From a virus (Duplodnaviria; Caudoviricetes): a DNA stretch of 64,000 nt. Positions 28,440 to 37,598 of the stretch are shown here, piece by piece. Each line of letters opens with the position of its first letter. The stretch's first letter is position 1. Made by a program: the position numbers and the translations under genes. The stretch lies in the IMG/VR virus record IMGVR_UViG_3300037247_001786, positions 396,979-460,978 of that record, one strand, 5' to 3'. The notes beneath the pieces are model-generated. The model worked only from the letters and a program-made list of their open reading frames with translations, was not told where the DNA came from and searched no databases.

Positions 28440-29525
28440 ATGGACAAGGCAGCCAACTATCACAGCAAAGCAAAAGATTTCGTAAGGACCATCGCAACCG
28501 AAAAAATAGGGAATCCAGCCAAATTTTCTATCGTTTTCGCATCCGTCGATGCCCTATCCACAAAACAGAACTTCAAAACGGGAAACTTCATAAACAAGAG
28601 CAAGTTAATCCCGGTTGAGCAAGAACCGTTAATTCGCCCATTAGTAGATAAAGTAATGGGACAATTAACAAAGAATACTGTACCTGCTTTAGCTTGTTCA
28701 GCCCATTCAATTCCTTTGGAAAAACATCTTGATATTAAAAAGGGCGAAAAACTCGACTATACCTTTTATGATATTTGCGGTAACGAAACTGTTAGAATCG
28801 CAAGATGGTTCTATCTCTATCAAGAATATCTTGAAAATGGGATGCGTCTGCCGATGACAATTCAGGTCGGAAGTAAAAGAGGTTTTGGATATAGTTATGA
28901 TGCTGTCAATAATGCGACAAATGGTAACTTTAACTCTTTTGTCCACAATCTTTTAAGAAAACAAGGTACCGAAATAACTCTTTTGAGTAGCTCAATTTCA
29001 CCTGCAGCTTGGGAAAGCCTATATGCTCAAATCTATCTGATTTATTGCTCAATGCCAAGCAAGGAAATCGAGTTTAAGAGTATCCATATCTATAACAACG
29101 CCGATATTGTAGATAGGGAAGAGGGGCAAATTGGGAAACTTGCTGAGGATATGGCTATGATAGATATGGTTATTCACGACAGAGAAGAGCTTGATACCGT
29201 TATCTTGAGCAAGTTAAAAAAGATAGTCAACTGCTACAATGAACTAATCAGCGATAATACTGAGATAATAGAGCTGAAACATCGGGTTCGTAAAAGCAAG
29301 GCTAAAAAAATGAGGGAAAAGAAGCCAATGAAAATCTACAATCCACCTCGCTTTGTAAATGCCCACGAAATCGCCCGACATTTGGGGATATATGGCAACT
29401 ATAAATCAATGGATGACGTTCCACAAGGAAAGCAGTCATGGATTAAGATTCACGCAAAACAAAACAGTCTCGACCCGATCGTTTGCTTCAATAAGATAAA
29501 ACAAAGATTGTCGAGACGGAAATAA
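28440..29525 (+). CDS. hypothetical protein (361 aa)
   Basis: AAGGAG SD; longest ORF of the array. Confidence 0.85.
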   Translation: MDKAANYHSKAKDFVRTIATEKIGNPAKFSIVFASVDALSTKQNFKTGNFINKSKLIPVEQEPLIRPLVDKVMGQLTKNTVPALACSAHSIPLEKHLDIKKGEKLDYTFYDICGNETVRIARWFYLYQEYLENGMRLPMTIQVGSKRGFGYSYDAVNNATNGNFNSFVHNLLRKQGTEITLLSSSISPAAWESLYAQIYLIYCSMPSKEIEFKSIHIYNNADIVDREEGQIGKLAEDMAMIDMVIHDREELDTVILSKLKKIVNCYNELISDNTEIIELKHRVRKSKAKKMREKKPMKIYNPPRFVNAHEIARHLGIYGNYKSMDDVPQGKQSWIKIHAKQNSLDPIVCFNKIKQRLSRRK

Positions 29526-29650
29526 CACAATAAAAAAGAGAGAGAGCCTCCAGAAATGGGGGCTTTTTTTTCGCGAAAAATTGAGTGCCAGAGTGCCAAT
29601 TTTTCTATCTTATTAAGGTATAAACAACAATAACTTTTGGAGATAAAAAA

Positions 29651-29989
29651 ATGAAAATCAAAACAAAAGAAGTCGGCAAAATAATGGCAATTGAAGACAG
29701 AGATTGTACTATTATTAAATGGACAAAAGATGTCGTCTTGGACGTTATAAAATTCGATAAAACAGGAGAAGACCACGACCCCGCCGATGATAAAGTATTC
29801 AAACAAGGGGAACACACTCTTGTTAAAAACCTTGAGGAATTTGATAAGGAATCAGTCGAACTAGACTTTATGGATGGGACAAGTTGCCTTTATATATCTA
29901 AAGATTCTTTCAGCGTCCCGCTAATGATTCGATTAAATCAAGAGGAAACCGATATTACCCTCAATAATGTACCTGAATGGGTATCGTAA
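29651..29989 (+). CDS. hypothetical protein
   Basis: stop abuts element 29991. Confidence 0.8.
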   Translation: MKIKTKEVGKIMAIEDRDCTIIKWTKDVVLDVIKFDKTGEDHDPADDKVFKQGEHTLVKNLEEFDKESVELDFMDGTSCLYISKDSFSVPLMIRLNQEETDITLNNVPEWVS

Positions 29990-30053
29990 TCCGCCAGAGT
30001 GCCCTTTTTTCTATCTTATAGTATTATAAAGAATAACTTTTGGAGATAAAAAA

Positions 30054-30518
30054 ATGAGTTACGACCAAATAAAAGAAATCAATTATAATACGTCAAACAA
30101 TATCCTACAAATCCCGAATCTAAAGTTCAGTCAAGAAACAAAGAAACTCTACCATAAATATAGAGAACTAAAAACTATAACAGAAAAACATCTCCAGAAT
30201 CTCGCCAATAGCATCTTCAAGGATTTAGGACTTAAAACAGTACCAATAACTTTTAATGGAGTACGTCCACATCAGAGTAACGGAAAACGAATTGTTAAGG
30301 AAACCCACGGAGTACATCAAAGAGGACTCGATGGATCCAAAATAACTGTTTATCAATTTACTGCCGCAAGAAAAAAACATATAGCGGCTAAAACAGCTAT
30401 ATCAACTCTTCTTCATGAGATAAACCATAATATAGATTATAATATCTTGAATCTGAAGTCAATACATACAAGAGGCTTCTACTCCAGATTGAAACATCTA
30501 ACTGCACAAATGGGATAA
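30054..30518 (+). CDS. SprT/zincin-like metalloprotease
   Basis: TLLHEINH (HExxH) and HTRGFY. Confidence 0.75.
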   Translation: MSYDQIKEINYNTSNNILQIPNLKFSQETKKLYHKYRELKTITEKHLQNLANSIFKDLGLKTVPITFNGVRPHQSNGKRIVKETHGVHQRGLDGSKITVYQFTAARKKHIAAKTAISTLLHEINHNIDYNILNLKSIHTRGFYSRLKHLTAQMG

Positions 30519-30598
30519 AGTATGTCTTTTGCCAGAGTGTCAGTTTTTCTACTTTATAGTATTGTAAAGAAAACAATAACTTATTTTTGGAGAAAAAA

Positions 30599-31357
30599 AT
30601 GGAAACGAAAACAAAAACAAACGTCATAGCGATAACAAAAATCACGACCGACAATATCGCTGAAATGCTCTTGAACCGTCACGGAGCCACTTTCGTAAGG
30701 CTTGACAGCAGAACCGAACCGAATCTGAAAAAGACCAACAACCCCTTTTATGACAAGGCAACCAAGACCATGAATGTCGTAAAAGACTCGTCAACCAATG
30801 CGATGATTGGGGTAAACTATACCAACTTGGTCAACAATGCTCGAAACCGAGAAGCCATTAACGAAGTAAAAGAAGCTTTAATGTCGGCTTTGGGAATGAC
30901 CGAAGAAGATGCAAAAGCATACCTCGAAAGTCTTTTAACTTCTGCCTCGGATATGGTAAATATCAATGCCGAAGCTTTCGAGCCAAAACCTCGTAAATGG
31001 GGAACGCATATGATAGACAAAAAAGGTCTTGTTTCAAAGACTATGGTAGAACATACCAAAGCCGATGGAGAATATAACCAATACATGCAAATCATGGTTA
31101 TCTCCTCTACAACTCCAGTTTATCGCTATGCCGATACGCTCGAAGAAGTATCAAAAGCAGACCTCGAAACTATTAAATCTCTTATCCCCCCGAAATACAG
31201 CAATGCGGCACATCAAGGTCTTAAAAGGGAAGTAATAATAAGGGACTACAAAGTCCAGAATATCAAACAGCTACGGCTAAACAAGACAGAGTATGTCGTC
31301 GAAGCCGAAACCGTAGTTGTCGATGCCCAAAGTCATGTATCTTCCCCTGCTGTATAG
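30599..31357 (+). CDS. hypothetical phage protein
   Basis: GGAG SD; last module of the array. Confidence 0.85.
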   Translation: METKTKTNVIAITKITTDNIAEMLLNRHGATFVRLDSRTEPNLKKTNNPFYDKATKTMNVVKDSSTNAMIGVNYTNLVNNARNREAINEVKEALMSALGMTEEDAKAYLESLLTSASDMVNINAEAFEPKPRKWGTHMIDKKGLVSKTMVEHTKADGEYNQYMQIMVISSTTPVYRYADTLEEVSKADLETIKSLIPPKYSNAAHQGLKREVIIRDYKVQNIKQLRLNKTEYVVEAETVVVDAQSHVSSPAV

Positions 31358-31418
31358 GAGATAGAAGGTATATCACCCCCTGTATACGCTGTAACCATAT
31401 AAGGTTAAGCAATACAAT

Positions 31419-31450
31419 GAGAACCCTACCCACGAAGTAGGGTTTCTCTT
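31419..31450 (+). terminator. intrinsic terminator closing the array
   Basis: GAGAACCCTAC/GTAGGGTTTCTC hairpin. Confidence 0.8.
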
Positions 31451-31722
31451 TGCCCCTATTCAGTACATATCATATCCTATATATAGAAGACCCATAACCT
31501 ATTTTTATATCGTCGCTATTATAACAAGAGATACCCTATCCATAAGTAATGTAGATATATGGGGTAGAGAAAATCGTATGGCGTAAGGCCGCCCCCTACT
31601 CTTTTACTTTTGAAGTAAGGTATCCCAGTACCATAGATTCAATTTCGACTTTTTTCACACATAAAATTTTCAGTTCAAAATTAATAAACTTTATTTTTAT
31701 TCTTGAAAGCTCAACTTTGTTG

Positions 31723-31751
31723 TTGAAAGTGATTTCAAGTTATGATAAGAT
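31723..31751 (+). promoter_or_regulatory. sigma70-type promoter (class 2)
   Basis: TTGAAA-17-TAAGAT with TG extension; related TTGAAAGTG-type sites at 33157 and 44246 (16-nt spacers) and an extended -10 TGGTATAAT at 39454-39462. Confidence 0.7.
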
Positions 31752-31795
31752 GCCTCAAGTTAATAACTACATTCAAATTAAAAGGAAGAGATAAT

Positions 31796-32200
31796 ATGTG
31801 TTTAGAGTCCAACTTCGGAACAAAAAATGTAAAAAGTATTATTCGCAAACTTGAGACGAGAGTAGACGGATATGTCTGGTTATGGAAAGTTTTTGATGTA
31901 GACGAATTCGGCAACCTTATAGCTCAATTTCAAGATTATAGTTTTTATGAAGGCAAGAATACGGCTGAAGGCAACAGGATCAATGACTATTATGGGTTGA
32001 GAGCCTATTGTCAATATGAACCTGGTTTCCATTGCTTTGCTAAAGAGTATGAAGCAGAGGATTGGGCTCTCGAATCTAGAAATAACTATCACAGAGACCG
32101 AATTGTAGTACCTGTTAAAGTGAAGAAAACATGGATAACTACAGTTGGCTGGCAAGAAGTCGCTGGTGACGTAATCGTTTGTAAGCATATTATTATATAA
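31796..32200 (+). CDS. hypothetical phage protein
   Basis: YEPGFHCF motif; start moved to MCLES. Confidence 0.75.
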   Translation: MCLESNFGTKNVKSIIRKLETRVDGYVWLWKVFDVDEFGNLIAQFQDYSFYEGKNTAEGNRINDYYGLRAYCQYEPGFHCFAKEYEAEDWALESRNNYHRDRIVVPVKVKKTWITTVGWQEVAGDVIVCKHIII

Positions 32201-32212
32201 AGGAACAGATTT

Positions 32213-32410
32213 ATGGATGGTACAGTAACTCCAAAAGGTGAAGTGGGTAGTTGGGAATGGGCAGAGAAGGCTTCTGAGGAAGATTTGATGTCATGGTTGA
32301 AGAATGGTTGTGACCCTGACCGTAGTCAGCACATAGCCGTACTGGTGAAGGTTGGGGAACGTCTGAAGATGGAAACGATGGATATGGTTGACATAATTTT
32401 ACCTGGATAA
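32213..32410 (+). CDS. small hypothetical protein
   Basis: AAGGA SD. Confidence 0.65.
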   Translation: MDGTVTPKGEVGSWEWAEKASEEDLMSWLKNGCDPDRSQHIAVLVKVGERLKMETMDMVDIILPG

Positions 32411-32457
32411 TGGATTTATGGAAGATTGGATAACTTTTTTAAGAATTATATTGTTTT

Positions 32458-32898
32458 GTGGCGTATGCTGTTTTATTTCTTGGAATGCTTTTAGGTTTAA
32501 AGATGATGGATAAAAGAATGAAAGATTTAAAGAAAGTTTCAACCGAAGAAGATATGCAGGAATGGATCGAAAAGCTTGGAAATGCTGATATTGTCCTTCC
32601 TGATGGTGATTTTCGTTGGTGGAGATGTGGTCAATGTTACGATCTAGGTTCTCATAATGGTCCTCATTATAGAAATATGTTAAGAACTCCTATAGAAATC
32701 GATGGAACTTTAGTATTCGCTTTACGAGATTTAGTTGTCGAAAAAGGTATCGACGATATGAACGCTTTCACTCATAATTTACATGATATATGGGTAATAG
32801 TTGATGATGGAAAATCTGATTTTGAAACATGGGTAGAATTCTATGTTAAACCTTGGGAGATGGTAAAAGCTGCTTGCCTAATTTTAAATGAGAAATGA
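32458..32898 (+). CDS. hypothetical protein, paralog of 33191-33562
   Basis: shared LKxV....M.xW and FExW....KAAC. Confidence 0.75.
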   Translation: MAYAVLFLGMLLGLKMMDKRMKDLKKVSTEEDMQEWIEKLGNADIVLPDGDFRWWRCGQCYDLGSHNGPHYRNMLRTPIEIDGTLVFALRDLVVEKGIDDMNAFTHNLHDIWVIVDDGKSDFETWVEFYVKPWEMVKAACLILNEK

Positions 32899-33160
32899 TC
32901 TTGAACAATTTAGAACTCGATGGTATAGATGGTTAGGTCAAAAGTGTCGAACAGATAAACCATATTGGCTTACTCTTATTGATACCAATTGGTTTGGTTG
33001 GGCTTCTAATATACTCGAAAGAGAATATCTATTTTGTCCTTATGCCTCTCAGACTAGAGAAGAAGTTAAGAAATATTTTCATAAAGCTATTGAGTGTGCA
33101 GATATGAGAGACCTTCGTCAATTAGATAACTTATATTGTGAAGATAAAATAAGTTCTTGA
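32888..33160 (+). CDS. hypothetical protein
   Basis: 90 aa ORF in operon. Confidence 0.65.
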   Translation: MRNDLEQFRTRWYRWLGQKCRTDKPYWLTLIDTNWFGWASNILEREYLFCPYASQTREEVKKYFHKAIECADMRDLRQLDNLYCEDKISS

Positions 33161-33190
33161 AAGTGCTTTTAAATATGATAAGATGGTGAT

Positions 33191-33562
33191 ATGGAAGTTG
33201 ACAAACTAAAATCTGTTCAGAATTCAACAGAGATGCATGACTGGCTCACTGAAAACTCATGGATATTAGATGTAGATGAGTCTCCAAATTATCTATATGG
33301 TCAATATCAAAATATCGGCAAGAGAATGGGATGTTTTGATAGTAATAGATTTAAGTCAATTGTTATAGATGGCAACTTAGCTATTATCCTTACTAATAAG
33401 GCTGCTGATATAAGTAAAACTGATTTTTTGCAAGCCTTAACGGATATTTGGGAAGAAGATAAAAATCAGCAAGAAGATTTTGAGATGTGGATAAGCTGTA
33501 TTATTGAGTCTTATCAAATAATAAAAGCGGCATGTATAGTAATAGATAAGAATAAGGAATAG
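33191..33562 (+). CDS. hypothetical protein, paralog of 32458-32898
   Basis: see paralog; ATG is 6 nt after TAAGAT. Confidence 0.75.
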   Translation: MEVDKLKSVQNSTEMHDWLTENSWILDVDESPNYLYGQYQNIGKRMGCFDSNRFKSIVIDGNLAIILTNKAADISKTDFLQALTDIWEEDKNQQEDFEMWISCIIESYQIIKAACIVIDKNKE

Positions 33563-33565
33563 ATT

Positions 33566-33811
33566 ATGAGTATGAATATTTTTAGTACTAATCCGGGTGA
33601 TTTTGTAGAATTCGATACTATTGAAGCAGGGCTTATACGCCAACAAAAAGACGTACAAAAAAGACTTGCGATGAATTGTCGTTATGAAGTTAAAGAGATT
33701 AAACGTTATAGATATTGTGCAGAAGTGCATCTGGTAGGTTTTGATGAACCTTTTAACACTGTCTTCTTTAATAATGTAAGTGATTTTACTGGTTTTAAAC
33801 TTAAGAGATAA
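33566..33811 (+). CDS. hypothetical phage protein
   Basis: operon spacing. Confidence 0.7.
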   Translation: MSMNIFSTNPGDFVEFDTIEAGLIRQQKDVQKRLAMNCRYEVKEIKRYRYCAEVHLVGFDEPFNTVFFNNVSDFTGFKLKR

Positions 33812-33813
33812 AA

Positions 33814-34122
33814 ATGATTACAATTGAATATAGTCCAGATGGTATTGCAGTTGCCGACCATAAAGCAGAAGAATTTGTAAGAGACTTGATAGCTAAAGAC
33901 AAAGCTTTGATTTCTGCTGGTTCTTTTCGAAACGATATTGAGACATCTGTAAGTACTGAAAACGTAATAACGATTGCTAGAGTATTGAAGAAGCAAGATG
34001 GCATAGAAGTTCAGTTCAAATATAAAGATGAGATTTTAGTTCCGGATAAAGATGGTCGTCTTGAGCATTGGCCAGACGGTTTTTCTGATTTTTGGGATAA
34101 ATGTTTAAGGGATCTTTTGTAA
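33814..34122 (+). CDS. hypothetical phage protein
   Basis: DGRLEHWPDGFSD motif. Confidence 0.75.
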   Translation: MITIEYSPDGIAVADHKAEEFVRDLIAKDKALISAGSFRNDIETSVSTENVITIARVLKKQDGIEVQFKYKDEILVPDKDGRLEHWPDGFSDFWDKCLRDLL

Positions 34123-34133
34123 AGAGAAAGAAT

Positions 34134-34502
34134 ATGACAGAATTATCAGATATTCCGAAACCTTATAAAAGGGTCTATGACGACAAGCGAAGAAAGCGAC
34201 AATTGTTTGTAAAGATTCACACTTGGTACGGACTTAGTTTAGGAGCAAAGCATTTTTACGCTGATGTATATGAAGACAGTAATCCTATAATACATAACGA
34301 TATGCTATGCTATTTTAATGAAGATGAAGAAAAGAATGGAAAACAATTTGAAAGATTAATGGATGGGTTCAATACTTACGATATGGCATTCGATTGGACA
34401 ATAGAGATAATAAAAGAACATTTTTCAAATCATAAGTTATGGGAAGTAACTGGATTAGTTACTAAAAAAGAAATTGTTAAAGCTTTAAAGGCAAAGGAAT
34501 AA
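34134..34502 (+). CDS. hypothetical protein
   Basis: operon spacing. Confidence 0.7.
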   Translation: MTELSDIPKPYKRVYDDKRRKRQLFVKIHTWYGLSLGAKHFYADVYEDSNPIIHNDMLCYFNEDEEKNGKQFERLMDGFNTYDMAFDWTIEIIKEHFSNHKLWEVTGLVTKKEIVKALKAKE

Positions 34503-34969
34503 TGAAAGAACAAGTTTATGCTTTAATAGGTCTTCCTATAGATCCTCATGATTTATGGTTAGAGGGAACAAGAAAGTGTGAATGCGAGGTCGATTATGAC
34601 CCCAAAAGACCACCTAACTTTTGCTCCAAATGTGGTCAAAAATTTATAGACCCATATAAAAAAAAGATTGATGGTTTTGATTTTAAATTCTCTACTTTGC
34701 ATGGGTATCAGATACTTTATGAAACCACTTGTATTGATCCTGACCATTCTACATGTAGGGCTTTCTTATGCTTATTTTGGGTATCTGTTAGAGGATGTCC
34801 TATTGTTCCATTTGTTCAATTAACAACTGATAATATCGATGTGTTAAAAGTAGAAATGGCTACTAAAGTAGGACCTAAATTCTGGGACGAAAAGAAATTT
34901 GGGCTATATGTAGTTCCAAAAGTGAACCCATCAGAAGAAGAAATTGTTAAAGCTTTAAAGAAGAAATAA
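34502..34969 (+). CDS. Zn-ribbon protein, paralog of 45240-45686
   Basis: YA.IG..C.C.V..D...PPNFCS.CG in both. Confidence 0.75.
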   Translation: MKEQVYALIGLPIDPHDLWLEGTRKCECEVDYDPKRPPNFCSKCGQKFIDPYKKKIDGFDFKFSTLHGYQILYETTCIDPDHSTCRAFLCLFWVSVRGCPIVPFVQLTTDNIDVLKVEMATKVGPKFWDEKKFGLYVVPKVNPSEEEIVKALKKK

Positions 34970-35320
34970 TGAAAAATTTACCACCAGGAGCTTTTATAGT
35001 AGGGAATAAGATTTATTGTAAGTGCGACGATTGCGGCTCTCTCGTACAATTAAACAAACTCATCTTTGGAGATTTACACCTTTGTCTAACAGAAGAAGAA
35101 CTTGAAAAAAAGGAAAGATATGATATTTGGAAAAAAAAGTCCGAGTCTCAATGAGATAGAAGCAAAACAAGCTAAAAGAAAATACAATTGGTTTGCTTGG
35201 AGACCTATGCATTTAGAAGATGGCAGATGGATTTGGATGCAGCTATTTTGGAGAGAATGGTGGTCTTGCCATGGACAATGTGGATTTTCTCATTATATAA
35301 ATCAAAAGGATGAAGAGTAA
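34969..35320 (+). CDS. two small hypothetical ORFs (34969-35154, 35120-35320)
   Basis: overlapping operon ORFs; CKCDDC and WFAWRP motifs. Confidence 0.6.
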
Positions 35321-35829
35321 TGACTTATACATTTATAATACGTTTAGGGTATATAGAATATAGTTCCAATTCCGTACTTATAGTTAATATGGAATCCAAC
35401 AATAGATCTTCTGGCTATGCGACTCAGGAATTTGTTCAGAAGTTAATGAAGATGAATAATAATGATTTAGACAAAACTAGATCATTCTTGCATCAAATGA
35501 ATAGAGGAACTGCTGACAATTCTCCATCTGATCCTGCTACTTTTGATAAGTCAGGACTTGATTTCTGGGGATTACTTGAAAGTGGTACAATTATACTATT
35601 AGATGCTCTTGATGAGTTATTCTCTGATGACAAAAATGAAAGAAAGAAATTTGGTTTTGCGGTAATAAAAAATGCAGATATCCCTAATATCTCACTTGAA
35701 CGCAGCTATAATGCTATTGAAGAATTAAATTTAGACGAGATAATTGAGGGTAGAGAAATAAAAGTACCTGAAGTTATAACTTGTCCTCATTGTAAGGGTA
35801 CGGGTCAAACTGAAAAGGGGTCATCATAA
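35320..35829 (+). CDS. hypothetical protein with C-terminal CxxCxGxG motif
   Basis: TCPHCKGTG. Confidence 0.7.
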   Translation: MTYTFIIRLGYIEYSSNSVLIVNMESNNRSSGYATQEFVQKLMKMNNNDLDKTRSFLHQMNRGTADNSPSDPATFDKSGLDFWGLLESGTIILLDALDELFSDDKNERKKFGFAVIKNADIPNISLERSYNAIEELNLDEIIEGREIKVPEVITCPHCKGTGQTEKGSS

Positions 35830-36433
35830 TGGAATGGATATTATTTTGGATAATAGGATGGTTTGCTGCTTACGCTCTCATAATGAAAGTGGCTGCTATT
35901 ATGGATAAAGATGCCGGAGGCGAACCTGAAGTGATAGATAGAGAATATCGTTGGTTTGCTCTAAGATGTTCCATTATTCTCTCATGGGCGGGTGTTATCG
36001 TATGCTTAATAGTATTGTTGATATATAAGATAAAAGAAATATTTGAGGAAATAGATCTCAAAAAGAAAATAAAAAGTTTCTTTATATCTATTTTTGATAA
36101 AAAGATAGTTCCTTTTTTAAAGAAATTAGAACCAAAGGAGTAAATATGTGGTTTTTCATAATATGGTTAATAGGTTGGTTTGTAGCTTACTTTTTGATGT
36201 CGAGAGTTATAGGTCACGGGTTTTCAACATGGACTGGTCAAGATAGACTTATATGTTCAGCACTTTCATTAGTTTCATGGATTGCGGTGATAGCAAGTGG
36301 AGCAGTTTTAATAGGAATAGCAATATCCAACATAAAATACGATAGATTTATAAAAAACAATAAATTTATAAAGATAATAGTTTCTTTTCTTAAAAAACTA
36401 GAACCTAAAAACGATAAATTTCAAAAGGAATAA
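35829..36433 (+). CDS. tandem paralogous membrane proteins (35829-36143, 36146-36433)
   Basis: both start W.IGWF.AY.LM and end FLKKLEPK. Confidence 0.75.
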
Positions 36434-36434
36434 G

Positions 36435-36671
36435 ATGCATTGTATTAAAAAATGGGTTATAGATTTTTTAAAGCGGAGAGAAGAAGAAAAAGTTGTCTGC
36501 TCTGAATGTATCTTTCACAAGAAAAGATGTTCGACGAATGAGTGTACTCATCCGAAACGTACAACTAAAGAAAAAGATTACATTACTGGAAGAACTACAT
36601 TAACATACGATTGGTGTGGAAATCATAACTTAGATGGTAATTGTTTTAGATTTAAATCAAAAGAGGGATAG
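36435..36671 (+). CDS. Cys-rich protein, probable paralog of 38058-38300
   Basis: C.EC.....C..HP...C....C..FK. Confidence 0.7.
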   Translation: MHCIKKWVIDFLKRREEEKVVCSECIFHKKRCSTNECTHPKRTTKEKDYITGRTTLTYDWCGNHNLDGNCFRFKSKEG

Positions 36672-36673
36672 AT

Positions 36674-36907
36674 ATGCAATATATTAAAGAGTCATTAAAG
36701 TCGTATATAGAGAATAGAATACCTACCGGAGGATTCTTACATGCTGTACTGTCGAATGACCTCATGAAGGCGTTCCAGAAGGCTGATATGCGTAACAGAT
36801 ATCAACTGTTTGAGATAGTAGAGTACATTTACAATAACCTTCCTATAAACTCCTATGGCTCACCAGAGCAAGTAGATAAATGGTTAAAAGGAGAAGAAAA
36901 TGAATAA
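36674..36907 (+). CDS. hypothetical phage protein
   Basis: IPTGGFLHAVLSNDL..YGSPEQVDKW. Confidence 0.8.
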   Translation: MQYIKESLKSYIENRIPTGGFLHAVLSNDLMKAFQKADMRNRYQLFEIVEYIYNNLPINSYGSPEQVDKWLKGEENE

Positions 36908-37442
36908 AGAAAAACCTTTCAGTGATAAGATATTAAAAGAGGCAGAAACTCAAGTAGATAACTATTATATGGTTATTAAAAAAGAAAGAAGTTTGGGTTT
37001 CGTCGGCTATTTTTCAGAGATGCCGATGGTTTTTGGTGACGGGCAAACTTATGTTAGTTGTTTTGAATCGACATATCAATCGGGTATTGTATCCGTTGCA
37101 ACGCTGTTAGAATTGGGAAGAAAGCTTCCAGAACCGCTAATTGAACTGCCAGATATCGAAATTATAGATATTCAACAAATAATAGATAAAATAATACTTG
37201 ATGGAGATCTACGGAAAGACGATATCGAAGCTCAAGGAGTATGTGGTCAAGGTGATGATGTAGGTTTTTATCAACAAGGTTGTGCTTTCTTAATAGAGAG
37301 ACTAACAAAACTTGAAGCATCTATTCAGACTTGCGATAAGAATCATACATTCTGTTCTAATTCTCATGAGCATCCTTGTCCATGGTGTCAAGTCATAAAG
37401 AATTTAGAAGTTATGAAAAAGATTGCTCATAAAAAAGATTAA
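36900..37442 (+). CDS. protein with N-terminal HicB-like domain
   Basis: YYMVI....GFVGYFSEMP..GDGQT..(helix)..G..LPEP. Confidence 0.6.
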   Translation: MNKEKPFSDKILKEAETQVDNYYMVIKKERSLGFVGYFSEMPMVFGDGQTYVSCFESTYQSGIVSVATLLELGRKLPEPLIELPDIEIIDIQQIIDKIILDGDLRKDDIEAQGVCGQGDDVGFYQQGCAFLIERLTKLEASIQTCDKNHTFCSNSHEHPCPWCQVIKNLEVMKKIAHKKD

Positions 37443-37598
37443 AAGATAATGGCAAAAGATAAAAAACTATTTTGTAATAGATGCATGGCGTATCAGATAT
37501 TTAAATGGATTAAGATAAAGACATTTAGAGGTGGAGAGTATCGATGTAATATATGTAAGAGAACATATATACAAAGATGAGATCATTTTTAAATTGGA

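Larger units (their letters stand above)
302..30600 (+). repeat. Array of 53 dispersed, co-oriented copies of a promoter/module-boundary element (TTGCCAGAGT[G/A]-N14-TTATA..)
   Basis: First base of the hexamer at 302, 1099, 1752, 2220, 2808, 3949, 5003, 5886, 6662, 7250, 7963, 8874, 9041, 10016, 10353, 11151, 11631, 12042, 13240, 14063, 14403, 14810, 15154, 15669, 16119, 16721, 17114, 17831, 18346, 19007, 19521, 19847, 20354, 20584, 21129, 22000, 22677, 22991, 23352, 23567, 24008, 24557, 25035, 25307, 25873, 26165, 26556, 27038, 27448, 28363, 29585, 29991, 30529. A few copies vary in the first 2 nt. None was seen after 30.6 kb. Confidence 0.97.

Noticed and set aside
302-30600. CRISPR array reading of the repeated element
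   Set aside because: Spacing is ~170-1200 bp and filled with genes, the repeats are degenerate, and no cas genes are present.
302-30600. Classical integron attC sites
   Set aside because: The element is not an imperfect palindrome with RYYYAAC/GTTRRRY ends, it carries promoter and SD features, and no IntI is in the window. Only the functional analogy is kept.
302-30600. Archaeal BRE/TATA promoters (archaeal virus)
   Set aside because: ATGs and an RNA stem start only ~6 nt after TTATA, and EF-Ts, RNase HI and a receiver domain point to a bacterial host.
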